This document shows positions 1 through 8,380 of a DNA stretch of 20,040 nucleotides, in pieces (the stretch's first letter is position 1; each line of letters begins with the position of its first letter). The stretch comes from Ginkgo biloba. Lineage: Eukaryota > Plantae > Ginkgophyta. A program made the position numbers and the translations under genes. The notes under the pieces were generated by a model. It was not told where the DNA came from and made no database searches. It saw only the letters and a list, made by a program, of their open reading frames with translations. The DNA lies in the NCBI GenBank assembly GCA_024626585.2, contig JANKJI020000004.1:170716374-170736413 (forward strand), given 5' to 3'.

Positions 1-430
1 TGTACGGTTATATGCAAGTGCATGCAAGAGCTTTTGTGGACGTGAAGACCAAATTAGTTGTTGGAGAAGTTTGACTGATTGCATGGGTTAAATCAAGTCA
101 ATGAATGGAGGACAAGTTGCATGAGAAAGAGGGCGCTCATCCTAAGGAGGTCGTTCTGCATATAAGCATTATGTTGATTTTTGAACAGTGATTTCAGATT
201 GTTTTATGGTTGTTATGTTGATTGTCTTCAGCATTTAATGAGCTGTAATTGATCATCATACCTGTGCTTGAATTATGAGATGTTGTGGTTATGTTTTCCT
301 AAAGTTATACTAAGTTTATATGGTGAATAAATAGTAATTGATGAGTAATTTCAGATCTTGAATTCTGTTGTGTATTTTGAAATTTAGTGGGTAAACATCT
401 CATGTTCTTGCTAAAAACGAAATTCTAACA
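1..430 (+). mobile_element. Probable 3' part of an LTR (solo or 3' LTR) ending ...AATTCTAACA
   Basis: TATA-like catataag near 161, AATAAA at 326-331, and terminal AATTCTAACA (421-430) identical to the 10 nt before the PBS at 2832-2841. No PBS follows. Confidence 0.45.
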
Positions 431-1676
431 CTTCTTTTGCTTCAATTGGTAGTTTTAATGTCTTCTTCTGCTCAACAAACCCTATCCCAAGGCATCAGTC
501 AAGTCACTGGCAATTTGTTGTTGACCATCAATACAAACTTTACTGTAACTACAGATCATGAAACATTGGTTTGGTTGCCTTTGAACGAATCTAAGCAATC
601 TCTATTGGAAATTCAGCTACTAGAAGACAACATTCTAGCTACATTTTTGGTAACCCTACCTGTCACGAAGGTCACAACATTCTGCTAAAACCTCCAAGAT
701 AGCGAGGGGTCTTCGTCATGCCCGCCTAAGGAGCAACCTGTAGTTGATCCAACGACAGAACGTCATGAGCATAGAGAGTAACAAAAACTTGCACATGCCA
801 CAAAAACAAACTTGAAAAAGAAGCTTGAAAAGAGTGAAAGCCTAACCCCTTAAACAAGGGCAAGTAGTAGCACAACCAAAGGACTAAAAAAGAAAAAGAA
901 GATGGTGCCCATTCTCCAAGTTCCAACATCGAAATAGATGGACATAAAATTAATATTTTCGACTAAGAGAAATGCTTAAACACTACAAGAACCAAAGGAT
1001 GATGAAATAAGCTCAACACCTACTAAAAAGGCTAACGAAGACCCCTCCACTACGAATGATAATTGTAAAACAAACTCAGACTATTCGTCTCCACAACCAG
1101 TTAGTCCAAAATCTTCAGGGCATTCCAATTCAGCAACACGACATTTGAGATTTGGATTGTTCTTTGAAGAAAATCTTAAAAACCTTGTCCAAATTAAGGA
1201 CCAAAAGGGGAAAGGATGAAGATAGCCAAACTGAATGTATTAAATCCAAAGAAATTAGGATTTAGTGCAATCTCAGACCATCCTTTGAAAATGATATTAA
1301 GGAGTTAGCTAAATTGAGGGAAAAAGTAGAAATGATGGCGGAAGAGATTAAAGAAGCTAAAACTAGCTCTAAGCATATAGATAAAAGAATAGACATTATG
1401 ATAAAAAAGTTAGAAAAGATGGTTGATAGATAGATGAATATACCTTCTTCAAAAAATCTATCAAGTGCCTTTTGATAACATTATTTTTTATTAATAACTT
1501 ACCACAAAACATCACATTGGGAAAATTTTCACTTGGAACTAGGTCTATAGTATGAGAAATGGCCCTTTCAAGACGAAGGCTATGAAGAATTCCAAAGACA
1601 TCATCATAATAAAAAAGTATATATTTTATTTACTATTCTTTATTTACATCTTGGATAGCTATTTTTAATTGAATAA
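431..1676 (+). mobile_element. Possible degenerate gypsy-type LTR end / PBS / 5' internal region
   Basis: gctaca-tttt-tggtaaccctacc near 638-660 resembles an LTR end plus a decayed non-Met PBS. A-rich sequence follows, with a broken K/E-rich coiled-coil-like frame (NDIKELAKLREKVEMMAEEIKEAK... near 1290-1430). No diagnostic domain recognised. Confidence 0.25.
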
Positions 1677-2408
1677 NNNNNNNNNNNNNNNNNNNNNNNN
1701 NNNNNNNNNNNNNNNNNNNNNNNNNNNNNNNNNNNNNNNNNNNNNNNNNNNNNNNNNNNNNNNNNNNNNNNNNNNNCGCTTTTCAGCAGGGTTCTCTAGG
1801 GTGTGTCGGGGTTCTAATTGAGGTGCGCACCCGATCCGTCGAGTGTGCTCCCCGATTAGATCCGACGTGCATCCTGGGTGCGTTGTGGCACACCTAGGCA
1901 ACACCCGGTCTGCCTACGGGTGCACCGGACCCCACACGTGCGCACCCGGTACGGGGTGCGCCTTGGGTTTGCAGACCCTGCAGGCAGGGTGTACGAACCT
2001 GGTAACCCTGCTATTTTTAGAAAGTGGCTATGTTTAGCAGGTTGCATGTGGATAATTGGAGTTGAGTGCATGCACGTGAACAATCGGAGCCGAGTCCAGG
2101 TGGACGGTTTGTATGAAGACAAAATGTTATGCATGGCTGGTTTTTTAGCCATTGTTCTTGTTCTAGCATGCGCTAAATCTAGTTTGTATGGCTAATTGAG
2201 GTTGTCTTTTAGTAATAGCAAGGAAATCTATTTCTGGGAGGCACGTCTTTAGCCCTAGGGAGTTCATGGAATATTTCCATTTATAAACATGCTATTTCTA
2301 TCTTAAATGGGCCAAATTTTGTTAGGTTGTATTTTTGGCATGTGCCATTAATAGGTTTCAATGCTTGTGATAAATACAAGAACCCAATTCAGTCCACAGT
2401 TGATGCAA

Positions 2409-2853
2409 TGTTGGGGTGTTGAGTTTTGGGTTCTCTCTTTCTTGTTTTTGGACTACCAAAAGGGACATCGTATTGTTGTCATAAAGTATGTGTATTGCTA
2501 TCATTAAAGATGTGTACTGCTGCAATTAATGATTGTTTACAGTTGTTATAATGGTGTGTTGATTTGGGTATACACATGCTATGAGTTCTGATGTAATAAA
2601 GTCAGTGTTTTTAGCATGTATTGAGCTGTAATAAAGTTATTATGATTAATGATCCTATGCATGTGTTGTGAGATGGTTGGCTCTTGTTGTTGAGTGTTTA
2701 TTCCATGTTTTTCAAATGAATATGTGATNNNNNNNNNNNNNNNNNNNNNNNNNNNNNNNNNNNNNNNNNNNNNNNNNNNNNNNNNNNNNNNNNNNNNNNN
2801 NNNNNNNNNNNNCATTTCATTACCATGCTGGAATTCTAACATGGTATCAGAGC
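2409..2853 (+). mobile_element. 5' LTR (gap-interrupted) plus tRNA-iMet primer binding site of an LTR retrotransposon
   Basis: ...TTCTAACA (ends 2841) is immediately followed by TGGTATCAGAGC (2842-2853), the complement of the plant tRNA-iMet 3' end. The candidate LTR start TGTTGG at 2409 is inferred only from terminal inverted similarity. Confidence 0.7.
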
Positions 2854-3918
2854 TTGGTGGTCTTCTGCAGTGGTGTGGAAGCTTGATCCAAGTTGCAAGG
2901 GTTTTATTAATCATGGTTGGAGGAGCTTTTCCTCAAGTAACCTGTTTGCATGTAGGTGCATGTCACATATGTGAGAGAGGGGTATTACTTGCATATGTGA
3001 AAGAAGTTTGGTAGTCATTGGAGGAANNNNNNNNNNNNNNNNNNNNNNNNNNNNNNNNNNNNNNNNNNNNNNNNNNNNNNNNNNNNNNNNNNNNNNNNNN
3101 NNNNNNNNNNNNNNNNNNNNNNNNNNNNNNNNNNNNNNNNNNNNNNNNNNNNNNNNNNNNNNNNNNNNNNNNNNNNNNNNNNNNNNNNNNNNNNNNNNNN
3201 NNNNNNNNNNNNNNNNNNNNNNNNNNNNNNNNNNNNNNNNNNNNNNNNNNNNNNNNNNNNNNNNNNNNNNNNNNNNNNNNNNNNNNNNNNNNNNNNNNNN
3301 NNNNNNNNNNNNNNNNNNNNNNNNNNNNNNNNNNNNNNNNNNNNNNNNNNNNNNNNNNNNNNNNNNNNNNNNNNNNNNNNNNNNNNNNNNNNNNNNNNNN
3401 NNNNNNNNNNNNNNNNNNNNNNNNNNNNNNNNNNNNNNNNNNNNNNNNNNNNNNNNNNNNNNNNNNNNNNNNNNNNNNNNNNNNNNNNNNNNNNNNNNNN
3501 NNNNNNNNNNNNNNNNNNNNNNNNNNNNNNNNNNNNNNNNNNNNNNNNNNNNNNNNNNNNNNNNNNNNNNNNNNNNNNNNNNNNNNNNNNNNNNNNNNNN
3601 NNNNNNNNNNNNNNNNNNNNNNNNNNNNNNNNNNNNNNNNNNNNNNNNNNNNNNNNNNNNNNNNNNNNNNNNNNNNNNNNNNNNNNNNNNNNNNNNNNNN
3701 NNNNNNNNNNNNNNNNNNNNNNNNNNNNNNNNNNNNNNNNNNNNNNNNNNNNNNNNNNNNNNNNNNNNNNNNNNNNNNNNNNNNNNNNNNNNNNNNNNNN
3801 NNNNNNNNNNNNNNNNNNNNNNNNNNNNNNNNNNNNNNNNNNNNNNNNNNNNNNNNNNNNNNNNNNNNNNNNNNNNNNNNNNNNNNNNNNNNNNNNNNNN
3901 NNNNNNNNNNNNNNNNNN

Positions 3919-4760
3919 GTCTTAGTACCTTTGCACCATTCATGGGATAAGGAATCTTCTCCCCAAGTGATCGACCTCTTCCTCATTCTCTTTGATAGTT
4001 TATCCTCTACCTTCAGTGCCAATTGATACGCTTCTTCCACCAACTTCATCCAATGCATGGTGATCTCATCTTGGATTTGAAATCTTAAGTCATTTATATA
4101 CCATGCCATCAATTTCTCTTCACCTTCATTAAGTTTTCTCTAAATGGATAACTTATAGAACTTCTCAGTATACCCTTATACACTTATGTCCCTTTCTCTC
4201 AGGTTTTGGAACTCCCAGAATACCCTTTGTCCATAATCTACTAGCAATAATTTTCCTTTAAACTTCACCACCATTTTGTTCTACGTTTGAATTTTCTCCT
4301 TTCCCTTTTGTATCCTCTCTTTTTGTAGATGTTCCTATCATAGAGTGTCATGTCCTTTAAATTGGGTGCATACAAACTTCACCTTTTGGGGGTCTTCTAT
4401 CTCTTCCCAATCGAAATACTTCTCCAAGGCTCCGATCTAATCTAGCAGATCTTCAGGCTTTAAGTTCCCGCCAAAACATGGCACTTCGACCTTTACTCAT
4501 CCTTGGCTACCCTTCATCAACCTTGCCAATAGGACTTCCGCATTTTGCTTACGCTGTGTTGGTTCATTTTCTGGTTCGGGTTCTATAGCATGGTCAAAGG
4601 CTGGTGCAGGTCCCTGTCTTTTAAAGGCACCTTCAAGGTCGTCAACCCTGTCCCCAATATCCTCAACTCTTCTTACAAAGGCCTCCATGATCTGGATAAG
4701 AGGTTCATTCCTTTCTGACGGTATCCTGTCTTCTTCAATGTGCTCGGTCGCTGCCCACAT
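3919..4760 (-). pseudogene. gag: Degenerate Ty3/gypsy gag (CRM-like chromovirus type)
   Basis: One continuous minus frame: MWAATEH...GSQG*VKVEVPCFGGNLKPEDLLD*IGALEKYFDWEEIEDPQKVKFVCTQFKGHDTL**EHLQKER...FQNLRERDISV*GYTEKFYKL...LMAWYINDLRFQIQDEI...VEEAYQLALKVEDKL. This is a Retrotrans_gag-like pattern with 7 in-frame stops, directly downstream of a Met PBS. Confidence 0.85.
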
Positions 4761-4773
4761 ATCTTTGCCAATG

Positions 4774-5587
4774 GCTTTGATACCATCTGATGCAGGATGG
4801 GTCAATCGTTGGCCAAAACCTAGCGTCTGTCGGACGTTGTTGAACCGACACAAGTTGGTCAATCAAATTTTGCTATCTTTCAGTGGCAGAGAACTACGCT
4901 GACACTCAAAATCGACGTTGACGTGGTCCTGCCTCCAGGATATCAACGATAGCCTTACCGACGACATCGGCGAACTCCTTTGTTGGAATTCATAGGCTAA
5001 CCCTTAATTATCTCACCGACACCCTCGTGGAAGTAGAAAATACTGAGGGCTACTAACTTTAGATGTCGGTGAACATGCTATGCAAGTGTGAGTGCACTAA
5101 TGATAATGTCATAAAACACATCAAGATCAGAAGGACTTTTGAACTGGAGAATAAAACTCCAGGTACATTAGGAAGATAACCCAAAGATAGCTTTAGAGCT
5201 TTACAAGAAGCCTCAACAACTTAAATCGCATGTCGGCGGGCATTACCCATCAAGTTTACAAAAGAAACCAAAAAAAGAACTCATAGGCTCAAAGCGTGAC
5301 CCAGTCTCTATCGACGAAATCTGACAGGCTCTGTTTAGCCTTCAAATCGGCATGTCAGTAGACTCTTCACGCTTGTTGGTCTTTGCGTGTACATGGTGGA
5401 ACCTCAATGCCTTCGGCGCCTCTGTCGGTCTACAGGTGTTTAACACACCAAGACATTCGGCTCAATCGATGGTTTTGTCGTTCTGCAGGTGTTTCCCACA
5501 CCAAATGTCGAACATAATTCACATCGCCCTTACCAACGGCCTCGATCGACGATTCTGTCCGTCTACAAGTGATTCAAACACCAAAAC
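4774..5587 (-). mobile_element. 5' LTR (runs into gap) and tRNA-iMet PBS of the gypsy element carrying the gag above
   Basis: Minus strand reads ...CCTGCATCA-GA-TGGTATCAAAGC: LTR end at 4788, PBS at 4785-4774 with one mismatch. CATCA termini are characteristic of CRM-clade elements. The far LTR boundary is not visible. Confidence 0.75.
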
Positions 5588-7686
5588 NNNNNNNNNNNNN
5601 NNNNNNNNNNNNNNNNNNNNNNNNNNNNNNNNNNNNNNNNNNNNNNNNNNNNNNNNNNNNNNNNNNNNNNNNNNNNNNNNNNNNNNNCAAGTGACAGAGA
5701 TATATGATAACACTAACGGAGATATTTGATAATAAAGTTAAACTTTTTAAAAAATTTTGATTTTTTTTTGAAAAAATGACCTGCATGTCTACTGCCCGAT
5801 TTTGCTTGAAATGGCAATTTTTTGTAGTGATCTTCTTCAAGTCTGTCTGGAACCTGCTCAGTGACCTTGAATCGATCCAGAACCCTTTCCCTTAGTTGTT
5901 TTCCGAGGTAAAAAAAAACACAAGGGCGTTAAGCAAAAATGCGCGCCGTTCGACCGGTCGTATCTTCGATTCCCTACTCGACGTGTGATCTTCGTGGTGG
6001 TTTCCTACATTGGTTCTTTCAACATGCGCCCACCACGATTTCAACCGTTGGATTCATGGTTTCACAAAACTCTATTGCCACGCTCTCCAATGGGCCGTGA
6101 GTCGCCCAGGAAGCTTTAAGGAATGCAATTTCAAATAGTTTTTAAATACAACCTAGAATTTTGAAGTAGTTTCCCTACAAATCACTGTAAACAGCAATTT
6201 TGTCTGTTTGAGTAAGTAGACTGCAATCTAGTAATAAAATTTTCTATCCACGAACAAGGGATTCATGTGCTAGCTCTGCCTGAGCATAGCTAGCACATAC
6301 AAACTTGGCAGAGTATACATCTCTGACTGAGCATAGAATGGGACAGCAACATATGTCAAGGAAAGTAGTTCCTCTGAGTTTGTTAGCATGTGCATGCAGT
6401 AGTGGAATGGAAATCTGTCTGTGCAGTTTTGTATTTCTCACCGAGAAATCACATCATTGGCAACATCTCTGTTACCGGTTTTCAATTTAACTCGCAATAA
6501 TCACTATTACAGATGCATGGCCAATAATTGCCATGCTAGCTAGCTGATATATTTTAATAATATTTAATATATTCGGTAATACTTAAATTTTTTTAAAGGA
6601 TTGTATTATAGTGTTATTAATTTAATATATTTTAATAGGGATGAAAAGATTTTGAATTTTTATTTATATTATTTTGTGAGTAGCTAGGATTGATTAATTT
6701 TTATGTCTTACATTAAGTTTATCATGTTCATTATATCATTTTAATATATGATATTAAATTATCATTATTAGAATTTTATTTCATGTAGTTATTATTGGTA
6801 ATCGAGCGGACCAAGTGGACCCAAATAAGTTTTATTAACTACATTAATTTCAGTTGGATGGATTCATATTTTTATTTTATTATATATAGATACTGTGTAA
6901 CATTGTATTAGCATTATTCTATCAATATTATTTTATATTTTTTATTATTTATGCTTGAGTTGACTCCAAGTGGATGTGAATAACTTTTGTTTGGTTGCCT
7001 TTTTTCCTCCCTGTATAGAATAGAAATTGTGATCATTACATTAATATTAGTTTATATTTTCTGTTATATATGCTTGATCTGACTCCAAGCAGACAGATAT
7101 TTTTATTGTCCATATGTTAATATTAGTTGGATGAGTGCCTATTTTTCAGATATAGATACACTCAGAGTAGATAACAATACAAAATAAAATATTGAGAATT
7201 GAGTCAGTGGTAGTTAACAATCAATAGAATAATATAGTAGCATAAGGCTTCCTGATGTAGAAGTAGAGAAATGCTTGAAGCAAATACCTGCGTGTAATAA
7301 ATAAAGATGGATTACCTCTTCTAAGACTTCCAAGGATCTATAATCAAGTTTTTAAGATGTTGCTGACAAACCTAAGCACCGTGTAGGTCAGTGGCACGTA
7401 GAGTTGACCAGATTTTTCAAAGCATTTCAACCTCTTGATTGACATTTAATAACTTAGAGAATGTCAACTCCTCGTGTTATTGCAAGTTATATCAATATTG
7501 TGCTCATCTCTTTCCCACATGATCAACATAAGGAAACTGAGACAAATGCCAATATTATCCAAGACTTCTTTTGAGGACCACACAGGCGTTCATGTGAGAT
7601 GTGTTTCTGGCAGGTTACTGTGTATTTATTCATAAATGTCAACCCACCATGAGAATATGTCTGATGTTAAGGTGTTTTTAGTGCAG

Positions 7687-7737
7687 GTTTGGATATGTTG
7701 ATGAAGGCATCTGGCAGAGATTGTACTGCCCTCTTCA
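7687..7737 (+). CDS. RLF: Penultimate coding exon (51 nt, phase 1 at both ends) of an RLF-like cytochrome b5 heme-binding domain protein: (G)LDMLMKASGRDCTALF(N)
   Basis: Preceded by acceptor ...gtttttagtgcag (AG 7685-7686) and followed by donor GTATCCTTTT at 7738. The translation matches the segment after HPGG in plant RLF (REDUCED LATERAL ROOT FORMATION)-type b5 domains, recalled as GVDMLMKAxGxDxTxLFN. It splices in frame to the next exon. Confidence 0.9.
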
Positions 7738-7922
7738 GTATCCTTTTTTATTTCTGGATTTTAAATGATTTTTGAAGATTATCAAAATCTTAACATGGCA
7801 TGAAGTCAGAATTTATGCTAGGATAGTGACGTATTTGCAGAGGGCTAAATTGATTTTTTTTCTTTTTGGTCGCTCCACGTTATTGATCAGATGTCTGCAG
7901 TAAATCCCTGACATTCTGGCAG
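7738..7922 (+). other. U12-type (minor spliceosome) GT-AG intron, 185 nt
   Basis: 5' splice site GTATCCTTTT is an exact match to the U12 consensus RTATCCTTT. Branch site TCCCTGAC at 7905-7912 (consensus TCCTTRAC) has its A at 7911, 11 nt before the terminal G. There is no extended polypyrimidine tract between branch site and AG. Removal restores the reading frame. Confidence 0.88.
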
Positions 7923-8002
7923 ATAAATATCACGCGTGGGTAAATGCAGAGTTCCTATTGGAGAAGTGTTTGGTTGGTTTTTTGGACATTCCGGCTTACT
8001 AG
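7923..8002 (+). CDS. RLF: Terminal coding exon of the RLF-like protein: (N)[25 protein letters not shown]
   Basis: Follows ctggcag (AG 7921-7922). The split codon A|AT gives Asn. KYHAWVN...[11 protein letters not shown] is the recognisable C-terminus of RLF/CYB5R4-type b5 domains and contains the second heme-ligating His. TAG stop at 8000-8002. Confidence 0.92.
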
Positions 8003-8380
8003 CTGAGATGAAATGAACTTCTCCCTTGTAAACAGAGCATTTGGAGTTTTGAGCGTCAAATGTACTAGATAAGAGATGGAAAGTACCACATAAATACCAA
8101 ATTTACATTTCAGTTATACAGTGGATGGATCCACTCAAATATCTTGTAAGATGAAGTGATAACATTTGATTTACCCATATTGGGATCATTAATATTGATT
8201 TTTACTAGTTTCCATGCTATGTGCAAGGTTTCTATGCTTGAAATTGTGGGGTGTGCATTATATTAAAAGTCACAAAGCACTGTTTGCATTAGATTTGCCT
8301 GACTGAACAAGTTGCTGCAATGAGTATAATTTGCAATTTACTTCCCTTTTTGTTATATTTTTTGTATTTGTTTATTTTCT
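8003..8380 (+). other. Probable 3' UTR / polyadenylation region of the RLF-like gene (end approximate)
   Basis: Non-repetitive-looking sequence after the stop codon, with U/UG-rich tracts near 8330-8380 typical of plant cleavage regions. No canonical AATAAA was seen. Confidence 0.45.

Noticed and set aside
1843-2195. Overlapping ORFs, including DVHPGC as a possible HPGG-bearing upstream RLF exon
   Set aside because: No RVYN...Y..F context and no phase-1 donor after HPG-G. The ORFs arise from GC-rich repeat sequence.
2963-4112. Long ORF-track entries of 305-365 aa (also those at 18021-19069)
   Set aside because: They consist almost entirely of X from N gaps. Only the gag-like N-terminus of 3015..4112 is real.
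4761-4862. N-terminal extension of ORF 4497..4862 (MTNLCRF...)
   Set aside because: It runs through the LTR end and PBS, so it is not part of gag. The first ATG after the PBS is at 4760.
7380-7620. Possible cryptic or poison exon ending at ctggcag|gttact
   Set aside because: No open frame with b5 similarity and no independent support without transcript data.
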